Positions 38,700 to 51,756 are shown, counted from the stretch's first letter. The stretch is 64,000 bases of DNA from Gnetum montanum (GCA_015680685.1 MNCI01000270.1:567854-631853); one strand, 5' to 3'. Numbers and translations are program-made. The notes: generated from the sequence alone by a model not told the origin.

Positions 38700-39930
38700 A
38701 ACTTATTGGTTAGTCTTGCTATGAACCTTCAAATGAATTGCACTTTGCCTTGTAGACCACGTAACTCTTTTAGGTTTGTGGGGGGCGCTAGGTTGACGAT
38801 AGCTTTGACTTTGTCTGGGTCCACCCATATTCCAGCGTTTGATACTAAAAACCCTAACATGTGCCCAATCTTTACTCCGAAGATGCATTTCTTAGGATTG
38901 AGATGCAAATCATGCCTTTGACAGCACTTGAAGACTAACTCTAGGTTGTGCGGGTGATGGGTCGCCTCTTTGGACTTGACCGCTATATCGTCCACATAAT
39001 CATTTAATGTTTCTAGGATGTGGTTACTGAAAATGTACGTGATGGCTCGCTGGTATGTTGCCCCAGCATTCTTGAGTTCAAAGGGCATCATGGTATAGTA
39101 GAAAGTTCCCCATGGAGTCATGAAGGTTGGTGACAGCTGGTGTTCTGGGTTGATGTGGATTTGGTTATATCCAGAGAAGCCATCCATGAAGGATAACAAA
39201 GCATGCCTAGCTGTGGTGTCAATGAATTGATCAATGTTCGGTAGTGGAAAGTTATCCTTGATCATTGCCTTATTCAAATCTCAGAAATCTATACACATTC
39301 ATATCCCTCCTGTTTTCTTCAAAACCACAACGATGTTGGACACCCACTCTGAATAGTCGATCACGCAAATGAAGCCTACTCGGTATAACTTAGTGATTTC
39401 CTCCTTCACGACTAGCACGATTTCTGGCTTGATTTTACACGCCTTTTTCTTGACTACCTTCACATGGGGGTCTAGGACGATATTATGCTAAATCAACCAT
39501 GGATCTAGACCTGGCATATCTTCATATGACCATGTGAAAATGTCAACGTGTTCTTGCAAGGTTTTAACTATGCCCTCATGTATTTGTGTGTCTAGTAGAG
39601 AGATGAGTCTTAATGTCTTTACCTCCCTTCTTGTAGAGGTTACGGGTATCTTGACGAGTGGATCCACGGTTACATCTTCAGCCTCCAAATCTAGGACATG
39701 GACTAGGTGTTTAGGCAAATCCGGGGGTGCTTCTAAGGTTGCTATATTATTAATCACAACCGACTCCCAGTTGATTGCGTTGGGGTTTAACTGTCTTGTG
39801 AGCTTGCCTTGTGGCCCTGTTAATATTAGAGGCATGGATAGAGCATGGTGGGTTTCCATTTCTTACTTAACCTACCATCACAAGACAAGAGCCTGGGTAA
39901 GGATCACCATAGATTGTGCGGAACATAAAT
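38700..39930 (-). pseudogene. Reverse transcriptase (degenerate) with N-terminal linker
   Basis: DIFTWSYEDMPG, WVSNIVVV, KDNFPLPNID, FMDGFSGYNQI, MPFELKNAGATYQRA, YVDD, LNPKKC. Confidence 0.97.
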
Positions 39931-40589
39931 CTGCAAAGCAACATTGAGATGCGACTTGCTAAATAAGGCGATGCAAAGATTGAGGATTTGCTTGCTTAGG
40001 GCCGTGGTGTACCCACCCAGGCAGAGGGATCTAGGATAATTGAAGACATAGACATTATTGATGTAAATTGTAAAGTTATATATGGATGTCGAACCACTAG
40101 TTTAAATGTCATTTTGGGTTACCATATTGTGACATGCAAAGTCTTGCTACGCTAAATAATGATAAAAGAGATAGCATTGCAAGTATGAGACGTATCAGGC
40201 AGTTAATGCAGGAATGAAGGCACAAAACTGTTAGGGAATATGCTATCCTTATGTCGAGGTGCACTAAGTGATTTCTCACGCAAGAAGCATAATTGCTTCT
40301 TTTGACGTCATTGTAGACTACGGCTGTTACTAGTTGAAATTGCTGTCTTTGAGCCTTAAGGCATGCAATCATGCCAGGTTTGTTAGCCTAAGGTCTTTTC
40401 AGACCTTCAATCGAAAACAAATATTATCCTATTATTTTTATTTTTGAGAAGGCAAGTAACTGACTTGGAGTGTGCTAATGTTTAAATGCTAATAGTGTCG
40501 TGATGTCATGGCAAGCATGCTATGTCGCACACCATCCCTACCTTAATCGGAGAGAGAGAAAGGAAGTTTTCCCATTTTACTATTACTGC

Positions 40590-40597
40590 CATAAATA
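40590..40597 (+). promoter_or_regulatory. TATA-like box of the antisense gene in E
   Basis: CATAAATAGGGG, conserved with D at 12719. Confidence 0.5.
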
Positions 40598-40688
40598 GGG
40601 GTTGAATCCTAGTAATTTCGCTGCTTTTGTTCTAGAAGCGCATAATCCTTGTCGAAACACTTCGGCGATTTCGGGGCATGGAGTCACT

Positions 40689-43600
40689 ATGTCAAGCCAT
40701 ATCGAGGTGAATTTCTAAGGCAAAGGTTGTAAATCTGCTAGCAGGGCTGTGGCTCCCAAGACTCAGTTGGTGCTTGTGAAGGTTGGGGAGGTGAAGAAGG
40801 CCTTGAAATGTGGGCCACGGGCATGTGTTCCAGCGTGGGAGGACACACTATTGACCTAGTGAGTTTTATACGTTTCTTCCGTTCCTTTCTCCTTGCACCT
40901 TCTACCCTCTTCTGCTCTAGTTTTATGTCTTATTTTTTTTCCTACTGGTATTTTCTGTGGCTGTGTCATTTTGGCTTTAATGTTGTCACAGTCTTGCTTT
41001 CTTTCGGTCATCACTACTGTGCAAGGGTCTCGTTGTGGTTACATGTAAGGCCATTACTACCACGGCTGTTGCCACGGCTGTGAGACCAAGGTCCTTTAAA
41101 CTGCTGAATTGTGAAACCTTTAGGAGGGGATTTGTATGACATAGGCGTGTATTTTGTTTGGGTCTGCTATTAGTTATCTTATTGCTACGCCAAGTTACTT
41201 GCATGTTCTTGCTATGCTAGGCTTCTGCATCTTTGTTGTGCTATGATGAATAGGGATCATGCTATGCTTCACTTATGGTTGACTAGGTGCTGCTATGTTA
41301 CGCATGTATTATGTTCATATTTGATGTCATGATCTGCTATTTCCGTTATGTAGGGTAGGGCCAAGGTCTAGATTGATCGTTTTAGATCTGGAAGGAGTCT
41401 TGTGTCATGTAGGTGGGCCTATGGCCAACGTCCCCCCTCCCTCAATATGTTTGGGAGATCGAGCGATTTGGTTTAGGGACGCCTGCAATTACTCCTCAGC
41501 CAGTTTAATCTCATGGTTTGGTCCTCCTCAGATGAGACGTGGGCGTTCGACATGATAGAGGCTTTGTTTCCATGGGCAAATCGGGGCATCTTGAGATATC
41601 TTTTTGATGATACAACTTCAGGCAGGCTAGGAAGAGGGTCTTCCCCACACTCCATAGGGTTGAGGCGCTTGGCTTGGATTTGGGACATGCCAGAATACTA
41701 GTGTTATCATCCCTTCAACACGTTGTACCTCACACACCATATGGTGACGTATTTTCTGAACCCACAGAGGACCATTTACGATGTTGGTGGGTGAGTTTCA
41801 AGTCTCCATTTTGTTGTGCGACATTGGCTATGCTCAGCCGAGTGTTGATAGTGTGCACTTATCATCAGGTTCCATCTTAATGATGACAGGGTTCATGATC
41901 AGCCAGATGAATTGGCCACGGCACAACTAGCCCTACAAGAATTTGCCTCTGCCAAGAGCCTGCGAGCGGGCATGATTGCTCTTTGCGGGGAAGGATACTA
42001 TTCCCTCCTATGCATGCTCGCCTCTTTCTATAATAATTTTAGGATGAAAGGTTGGCTAGACAAGGAGTGGAGGGAACCTTTTAAGAAAGTTATGCTTGAA
42101 GCAGTCTTAGCGGCTAAACTCCCACTATTCCCCTCACCATATAGGCCTAGTGGGTTAACAAGCGAGTGTCATTTTCTTTAAGAGGTATGCTTTGTGATTA
42201 TTGCTGCAGGAGTGAAGAAGCCCTGCGAAGTGATGGTGGTGATTTCCAGAAGGCAAGGGGGAAACATCTACTTCAAATACAGTGAGGTATCGGCAAGCCA
42301 AAGTTGGTTGGAATGAGGGGCTCTGGGGCCCTTGCTTAGAAGAATCTAGATGGCCAAGTTTATGGACTTGTTTATGGCACTGAATCCAGGCGTTCCTGCT
42401 ACCGAGATGCTTTCCCTAGTCAACTCCTTTTCTGGGAAGGTGAGTCGCTTTCGCACATACATGCAAGGTGTGCAGGTGGTCATTGACATCAATGACTAGC
42501 TCTTTGCAGATTTGTTTGGCGTTCCTAATGATGGCACTGATGTGATGTCAAAGGGCAAGTAGAAGTTGATCCTCCATAAGCAACATATTGAGGAGTGGCT
42601 GAGGCTCACCAAGGAGCGGAAAGGGTTCCCTATGGAAAAGCTTAAGGATGGTCCTGCCATGGGGATATACCCGATCTTTCGTGCTCGTGCATTCCCTCAA
42701 CTGCTCATCCAAGGAAAGGTCTTGGGGCTTGAGTAGGCTTGGGTAATGCATGAAGTTGTGGAGGAAGGGGCCCATTATAACTGGGCCGAATTCCTGTGTA
42801 ATGGCTTGCAGGGTGAGATTTTGGGGCTCTGTGAGCAAACGGAGTCCCGTTATAACATACACTACACCTTCTACATTAGTTGTTTGAAGTGCTTTGCAGA
42901 GTTCTTGGTGGTCCAGGAGGATGGGGTTTGGTCCGAGCTGGATCATGAATAGATCCCCAAGCCATGGATTCAACAGGTCTTTCAGACCGTGCAAGCCCAG
43001 GCTCCCCCAAAGGTGGTCAAGGATTCATTTTTTGTAACGACTAAAGGTTTGACAGTTAGTAGCACTTGTGGCCAGGACAGCATAGGGGAGACTCCCCCTA
43101 CCATACTCGACAACATGACCCAGGGTGATCGTCTTATGGCTAAGGCTATTCTTGTGGAGTTGCAGAGAAAGAGACCTCCCCCTCCTAAGGAAAGCCCTCA
43201 TGAAGAGGAGCAATGACTATGGTTCAGGTTGCGGTGAACGCAACCCCCCATTGCTGAGCGTTTAGAATACCAACTGTTCCATGCTTAGCTAATAGGTGCT
43301 TTGTGGCATGGTATCAGTATTGAGTTAATCAACTTCGATTTATTGTGTGTATACCCTTTGTGGACAGCAAAAGAAGAAGGTGAAGAAGAAGGTGATGAGG
43401 AAGTGTTAGGCCTCAGATTGGGGGTGACAAATAAAGACATGGGGGGCTTGGCTTCGGAAGAGAGGGCCTCGGCTAGGGATACTAGGGCTCTTGTCTCTGG
43501 GGTAGGGGCTCTTGTCATTAGGGAGCCTCTTCCTATCAATGAAGAGGTGTCTTCCCAAAAGAAAAAAGATGCTACCCTATTGAAATGGAAAGCACTAGCA

Positions 43601-44825
43601 CTTGAGGTAGGAGTTCCTACAGACCTGACCGGGCCTTCTATAGAACCTACTGTAATTGTCTTGCACTAGCATGATGCCAGAAAATAGCCAAATACTGGTG
43701 AGTTTAGGCCTTGGATGTGCCCTACCGTAGTCCACTTCGGCTCTTGCTGTCATGCTAAATTTCGTAACAGGTGCTACCGCTGATGTATCAGGACCTTCTC
43801 CATCTTGGACAAAGTCATGGGCTGAAATTCTTAACAAGTTTACATTTGTTCAGGGGTTAGTTGATGACATGATCAAACACCTTCAACAGGCGGATCCTTG
43901 TGCGAGTGAGTAGGAGTGTTGACAGCCCCTATGTTGCTACGCTACAACTCTTAAATGTATTGATTTATGTTATGTTGACATGATTGCTATACTTTCTATA
44001 GCCTCTCAGCTCAAATGGGACCTAGCTTGACCTATGGAAATTGGCACAGTGCCCACACTCTCGTCCGACATGACTGAAGTGTCTCATCATGTATTTAATG
44101 AGGCTTACAAATGCATCTTGCACTCGATGTGCTCCCTATGGGAATGTAGATGTACCAATGAGGAATTGTGAAAATGGGCCCATAGGAGCGAGTAGAGAGA
44201 GACAGAATTGGCTGCCGAGGTGGAGAACCTCAAGTCGAGGATCGATTTCCTCATAAACCATAGTCCCAACCTTGTGGATTCGCAAAGGGCTATGGTGGAT
44301 CACACTAGATTTTGGACTATTGTCCATCAGAACATAGAATCCACCCTCGAAATAGTCGAATAGTAGATGCAGATGAATTTGCTGGTCCAAAAGTGCCAAG
44401 ATATGAAGGACATCAGCGCCAAGGTCTTCGAATGGGGGAAGGCCCAGAGGGACCACAAGTATACATACAAGCGAGAAAACGAAACCCATTGAAGGCTGTA
44501 TAAAGATGCTGCTATGGAGGAATTCTTGTACAAGGCGTTTGTGAAGGCCATTAGTGCTTTTGAGGCTTATGCCAAATTTAAAGAGCAAGTGCAGGTCACG
44601 GAGTCTCCAGATTTGGGGGTGACCCTTCTTACAATGGAGATTGCCACCACCTCCCTTTCCTCGGGGCCTCTAAGATGGACAACTTTGGAAAGGGAGAAAG
44701 TTACCACTGCGAATGCTAAACCTAATGATAGGACTTAGATGAATATCTCGATGGAAGAGATTGAGCATCGTCTCAGGCTTGGTCTAGACCAGATACCTCT
44801 TGTGACAGATGTAGGCTCCCCTTAG
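40689..44825 (+). pseudogene. Antisense multi-exon accessory gene of E (NIF/FCP1-like + Transposase_32/PMD-like + coiled coil)
   Basis: IVLDLEGVLCH, MVWSSS, LRRLAWIW, FNTLYL...FLNP; introns 40859-40991 and 41791-41889, probable 42161-42209 and later ones; central motifs DQLFADLFGVPNDG and YNWAEFLC. Confidence 0.8.
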
Positions 44826-45492
44826 GTTATTCACTTTAATGTTTTGCTACAACTGTCTTTTATCGCATTTGTTGCCCCTACTAACTACTTTATCCTTTGG
44901 GGTGCAGGCTCTTAACAAGGATGTGAGGCTTGTGGAGGGAAGAAATGAGGTGTTGGTGGGGGGAAATATGGGAGCAGATGATGTGCAAGTGGATGAGGTA
45001 GAGACAAACAGTGAAGGCACTACAAATAGGGATAGCTTGTGAGAGCATGAGGGAGGACTCCCCCTCTCTTCTTTTTTTTGTATTTTTTTAGAAGAGTCTA
45101 CAGAAATTTCCAATAGGTGAAAAATTTTGACTAAAATGCAAGATTCCAAAAAGGAAAACCAGTTTCATATTATTATGTGTGTTATGTGAAGTTTTCGTAC
45201 TCTGGTATGCTATTTTTAGGTCATTTTGGGCCGTTTGTTAGTTTTAGGCCATTTCGGGTTGTTTGCGTAATGAATAAAAGCACAGGTGATAATGCTAGTT
45301 TTAAGCCTTTTTGGTTTGTTTGTTGGTTTTAGGCCATTTTGGGCCATTTGCATATTGTGATGAAAAGATGACACCCTGGCAAGCTAAGTAGAAAGTGAAT
45401 ATGTGAGGATGGCAATTGGGTGAGAGGTCGTAAGGCTACTATGATGCACGTAGCTATCTCTAGACCTTTTGTGGGTTGATAGGGACATAAGG

Positions 45493-48400
45493 TCAAGGTG
45501 TTTCGCTAGGGCCTTTGCTCATGCTACTATCCTCCGCTTGAAAGGGCAACTCCACCCAGACATTTTCTACCTGAGGGTCGCTTCGTTGGGCCGATCCCTT
45601 CGCTGTATGATTGGTGCATGCATGAACAGGCACTTCATCTTCAGAGGTTGTAACCTCTGAACCTTGTTCTATGTTTAGGTTACTAATTGCTTGCATTACC
45701 AGCCCATCGCCATGGATTATCACCTCTCTACCCTCGTATGGTAAGTACATTTCCTGGTGTATAGGTGAGGAAACTGCCCCGAGTTGTGCTAACCATGATC
45801 TTCCCAAGATTAGGTTAAACCCAGGTATTTCTTCGACTATGACGAATGTTGCATCCATGGGGAGCTCATTCCCTGCTACGAAGTTTACATGAACTATGCC
45901 TTTTACCAGGACACGTGTCCCGTTGAAGGACCGTAGGCACGACGTCGCTGTTGGTTTGATCTGGTCAACCAACCCCAGTTTCTCTATGATAGGCAAAGAG
46001 ATGATGTTTTTGGCTGCTCCATCATCAACATGCACTCTTCGGATTCAGTACTGACCGACCTAAATTGTGATGAAGAGAGGCACCATAGTCACTTGGCCCT
46101 TTTCAGGATCTTCCTTATTGGCTTTGTTGCTAAAAGTTAGTGGAGGTGTAGACTCCATGGGTGCAGAGGGAAGTATGACTGAGTGGATCATTTTCTTATC
46201 TACCGGCATGTTTTCATTGACTGGGATTATCATTAACATGTAGCCCAGAGCCTTGCGGTGAGGGGTGGATACCATGACTAAGTCGTATAGGCTTAACATG
46301 GTATTTTTTTGCCTGAGGGTTTACCCAACCTGGGTTAGGACATTCAAGAAGTCTTGGCCACTCGTCCATTTGACACCCTCCTCCTCTATTCGTCCGAGAA
46401 GATGAATCTCCTGAGGGGAGATGGCCCTAGACCTAGGTTCAAATTTTCGGCAACAAGATGTCATAGGTCGTGTGCTTGTGTCGACCTTCATTCTTGGTGA
46501 TGAAGGTGTAAGTTTAAAGGATGAAGGCGTAGTTTTGGAGATGCTTTTGATGGTATTCCTCTTTGACACCTCGCTCGTCAGGTAGGTTTCTCACGTTGTA
46601 GGGTGAGGAAGTTGTTTGTTGCTACACAGGATGGAGGCTATCAAAGACACTGGCCTCCTGATGATGAATGGGGTTAGAGGTGTTAGCAGATGGGGTTGCA
46701 CAGCCGTGCCAATGAGTGATGCAGAGGTAGATGCTCATGGTGGGACTTTCAGTATGAAGGGCGACTATGGGCTTGGACTGACCATTGGTGGCATGGACGT
46801 ACTACGCTGAGGTGCACGAATCACAAATGGTTGGAAGGGTGGCATGGTATCATTGTCAATACCGATGGAATTGATTATGTAACCGACATTGTTGGCATTG
46901 AGGAGGTCAGTATAGACATACATGGTTTGGTTTTTAGGATGTACTGGGCTACTTTCATCTAGCACCAAATGCCCTAGGTCAATCAATCTTTGGATGTCAT
47001 CTTGCAATGATAGACAATAATCTATGGTATGATCACATAGTTGATGGTAATCGAAAAACCTGTCTAGCCTAAAACCTTTAGGGACTGGAGGTTCATTGGG
47101 CATGGCTAAAGAGGGATTTCTAAGGAGCTCGTAGTAGCGTCGATGCCTCATGTTTACTTCTTCTAACATTCTCTTGTGTTGAATGTATCCTACTGCCAAT
47201 AGTTGCTTTAGGAGTTCTAAAGGTTTGAGGGGAAGTGGAGTATATTTTGAATGATATTGACATTCAAAATTAGGTTTAGTATATGTAGATGTCTCAGGTG
47301 CGGGGGTGGTGGGTTGTAATGCTTGGCCCGGCTTAGGCCCTAAGTTAGTTGTAGGTATGGTCGGTTTCTTGTTATTCTTGTTTCTGCTGTTGCTATGTTT
47401 GGGCTTAGCCTCAGCTACCACAGTAGCCACCATGGTTGTTGGGGCCTTACCTTTGTCCTTCTGTTCCTATAAGTGACATAAGCTAGGTCTTTACTTGCCT
47501 TGGCTACGTCTTTTATGCTTTTCATCTAAGCGAAAGCTTGACTAAGTGAGCGTGGAGCAAGGTAATATAGTTTTGACTTGATGAAGTCGTTCACTGCACC
47601 CTTAAATACGACTAACAAATGAGCCTCCGCGATAGGTTCACAGATTTTTTTAATGGTTGCGCTCCATCGTTGAATGAATTTTTGGACTAGTTCTAGTGGG
47701 TCTTGCTTCATGCTCATCAGCTGATCTAGCGTGGTTTCTAGCTTCAAGATATACTTGAAGCGTGTCACAAACTGGGTCAAGAGTTCTTTCAAAGTTGAAA
47801 TGGATGAACATGGCAATGTGCGATACCACTCTAGGGCTTTCCTGGCTAGGGACATGGTGAATACGTGAATGATCGTATGCGGCCATTGTTGTAGCAACAA
47901 AGACTCTGACCGAAAAGTGATGAGATGTGTATTAGGATCTCCTTCACCATTGTACTTCATGAAGTGTGGGAGGGACATCTCGAGTGGTAATATCAAGGTA
48001 GGGATTGTAGGATTGACGGGGTCATCTTGGTAAAATTCCATGACTCATACCGTATTGGACCTAATAGCTTTGAGGCATTTTACTTCCTCGGTTAGGGTCT
48101 GAATAAGCTGAAATGCTTTGTCCAGACCGAGGGATGTTGTAGACGTCTGAGGGACTACGAAGATGACCCCCACAGGTGGCATGGTAACGGTGGAAATTTG
48201 ATCCATCAGCTGTGATGTTGGGGCCATCCCTACTAAAGGTATTTTTTACATTATACACCATCTAGTGGGTGGTATCATCGGAGCGGTACTAGTAGGTTGA
48301 GCTACCAAGTAGGCTGTTTGGATTACCAGTGGGATCCCCCCATGGCCCCGCGTCAAGTTGTGTTGTTTGGGGGGTCGAATAGACCTGAGGATGAGTGTAA

Positions 48401-49245
48401 TGAGACATCTTCAACAATTGCAGAATAGATGAGAAAGCAAACGGATGCCACCATATGGATGGGCCTGAGCCCATCACAGAGGGTGGGATGGTTACATACG
48501 TAGGAATTGGTAGGGGAGTTAGGTGCGGTTGTAGAGTAGGTACAATCTGGACATGTGGTAGAGTAGTCATGATAGGTGTGTTGCATGTTGCAGTAGCGTG
48601 CTGATAAACAGCTTACGGTGGCATAGTTGTTGCGGGTGCAACCGGGCGATAGGGGTGATGAGGTGCTATGAACGTAGCATGGCTACCAACTGTAGTTGCA
48701 GTTGTAGAATGTTGAAGCATAGGCGCGATGGTGAAGGGGGTGGCGATAGGCAGCGGGTTGGCCTAGAAGCACTAGGTAGGTAGGATAGGAATGGGGTTGG
48801 CTAGGCCTCCCTCGTCAGATTAGGAGTCAAGCTTCTCCTGCCCATCCTGAAAGATGTCATCCTGGTTGGACACTATGTCTTGTTGCCCCCTAAGCCTTGT
48901 CAACTAGATTAGTTGATCTAACAGCCTTTGGTTCGCTTGTGTCAAAGGTAGGGAAATGCCTTGGTGAGGAACGAATTTTTCCTCGTTGCAGTAAGCGAAC
49001 TCGAAGCTACGTTTTTCTTCGAGTTTGTGTGAATCTAAGGGTAGGTTAGCCTGCACCTTCGCGCAAAGGAAATTGTAATGCTCATGTTGCTAGGCCAGGC
49101 CCTCAGATCCTCAGTTTTGAATCCTGAGAGACCGACGTGCTTCTAGTGTTGGATTCAAACATTGTTCGGTACTAGTAGTACCTTGGGCTGCGAAGGGCAC
49201 CTCCATGTTGGAAATATCGATAGCAGTGGTGGTAGAAGTCATCAT
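45493..49245 (-). pseudogene. Degenerate gag-protease of E
   Basis: KYNGEGDPNTHL, KALEWY, DYHQLCDHTIDYC, HVDDGAA...FNLILGRSWL. Confidence 0.92.
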
Positions 49246-50067
49246 TAAGAAACTGATTATGCGAAAATGCTAGAAAATGTGGAAGAATAGAAGTATAAAA
49301 AATGAAAATAGGTGGCTTTTCGTCCTGTATGATCCCGGAGGGACCATCGAGGTGACCGACCTATGCCACACAAGATAGAATCAACCTCAAAGGATGTCAC
49401 ATTTTCACTTGTGCTAGCTAGGGTGCAGGACACATGTGGGACTACTATAGAAGAAGTAAGTTAAATCATTGTCCAAAGGCGTATTGTCTCATAGGATTCC
49501 GGAGGAATCGTTGAGGCGACCGATCTACACCACATGATGCACAAACAACCACAAAGGGTGTCGAGTCTACGCTAATGCAAGTCAGGGGTGGAAGGCATAC
49601 GAGACTACCATAAGACGAGCAAATTAACTAGAAACCAAGTAAATTTTGTGTCTCATGGGATCCCAGAGGGACTGTCGAGGTGACCATTCTATACTTCATG
49701 GAATGAGGTACAGAACACAGGCAAGAGAACCGTAGGATGGGAAAATTAACTAGTAATCTGGAAGGTTTTATGTCTCGTAGGGTCTCGGAGGGACTATCTA
49801 GGCGATCGATCTACACCACATGGCGTAGGGTGTAGTACACATGCAAGATGACCATAGAATAAGCTAGTTAACCGATGATTGGAGGCCTTGTGTTCTATGG
49901 GGCTCCAGAAGAACTGTCGGGGTGACTGATCTGCGCCGCATAGAATGCAAACAACCGCAAGAGGGTGTCACATCTACACTTGTGTGTATCAAGGCACAGA
50001 AGGCTGAAAAAACTACCATGACACATAGAAAAGACACCAAAAGGCCCTTCTTCTAGTGCTAGAAAAC

Positions 50068-51756
50068 TATAGTAACCAAAAATGTCAGTGGCTGGAAGAA
50101 TGCCAAGGTCAGCAGACACAATAGTTCCAACCCCGTGCCCATGGGAGGGCGGTGCTAGGTGTGTGCGAACACAGGGTGCCCTGAATGGTTTGGTCAATCA
50201 AATAGGGACTTACATCGGTGTCAATATAGCCTTTTGAAATATAAACTATATGAGTTGTGAGATGGTGCTTATGGGTAATTACAATGGGAAAAGAAAGGGA
50301 CTAAAAAAATGCAACAACAATGCGAAATAGTGAATAAACGTAAGTGTGACAATGATATGAGAAGATGCTTGAAGGTAAAAAAAAAAGAATAATACAAGGA
50401 AGCCAGAAAGTAAATAAGAGGTAACATAAGATACAGTTAGGAACATGCATCGCCTTAGAGCTATAAATTTGTCTAGTCAGGGGGTGGTACAATTGGCTGC
50501 ACGACATGACGGAGTGCAGAAATTTTTGAGTGATCAAAGCATGCCAAGAAATAGGAATAGCTATGTACTTGGACATAGATTTCACATATATACAATGTGG
50601 GTGGGATCCTACGAAGGTGGTAGCATGAGACCCTGGGCTTTATGCCAGTTGAGAGAGGTTCTTTTTACAGATTGCTGGCCTCTCCTTTTCTTTTCCTTAT
50701 TGTGATATTGCAAGTATTTCTCTTTGTTTGATTCAGGCAAGGAGACTCCCCTTTTTCTTTTTTTTCATGGACCCTTTTTGTGCTGCTTGATAGGCTATTT
50801 ATAGGGCTGAAGGTAAGCTGAGGTGACCGTTTGAATACTACGTTGTTCCAGACTTGTGTCAACTTACTGGCATTAGTCGAGCCATTTGTGACCATTGAGC
50901 TTGCAAGACCATTGTGATGTAAGCAATAACTGCGATCCTACTACATCATGACTGCACCACCAGCTCCTAGAGGCATATGCCAATGGTTTGATTGAGGTGG
51001 AGTGCATTGATGTTGCACAGCCACCTGCCTGTCACGCTGTGTTTTACGACGTGGCTTGCTTATCGTGGCGTAGCACCTTGCCATGTGTCTTGCCATACGT
51101 CACATACTTGCTACATGATGCTACACTACGTAGCATAGTGTAGCATAGCGATTGGGACAGTTTTGCTGATTTTTAGCTTATTCTGCCATAATGCAAGTTC
51201 TATGGACTTTGCTGATTTCTCCTTTCGAACTGCCTTCTGTCCCTTTCCACAGGACTGCTATGCCTTGCTGCACCATGTAGCTCAGCGTAGCGTAGCAACA
51301 GACATGGTCTGTCGCTTCCTGGTGAAAAGAGATATCATTGCAGAACTTGAGATTGGATGAGGGAGGTGAGTAGTGAAGTTGTTACTATGCTACGCCATAT
51401 GTCATCGCGCAGCGCAACATCTCGTTCCACCATTGTTTTCTGAGGCTTGCTACGCTACACATCGTAGTGTATCAGGCTTTGTGACTTAGAAAACTTGCTG
51501 AACTACTTCTCCTGTGCACTTAGGCTACTATCACTGATTCTAGACACTATTTCTGAGTAGGCTGCTAGCTATTCAGACTACTTTGGTGGGCGGGCGAGTT
51601 GGTACGGAACTCGCCCATGCCTAAAGTAGAAAATTTACCAAATTGGCCATCCTGGACTCAGAACGTTCTTTTCCCAATGAACTACTATGGTGCTGTGTAG
51701 ACTGCAAGAGCCTGGTGAGGCCAGGATGACCTTGCATTTTCTTTTATGGTGTTTTA
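50068..51756 (-). repeat. 5' LTR of E (1689 bp)
   Basis: Aligns with 33295-34990; both terminal dinucleotides mutated by transitions; reverse-complement TATA at 50796-50803; PBS remnant at ~50045-50062. Confidence 0.93.

Larger units (their letters stand above)
33295..51756 (-). mobile_element. Element E: full-length, inactivated Ty3/gypsy Tat-clade LTR retrotransposon, 18462 bp
   Basis: TSD GTGGG at 33290-33294 and 51757-51761; paired LTRs; PBS; PPT; gag-PR, RT, RH, aRH and INT. Confidence 0.95.

Noticed and set aside
40689-44825. Host gene into which the retrotransposon inserted
   Set aside because: It lies inside the TSD-bounded element and occupies the same internal position in three family copies.
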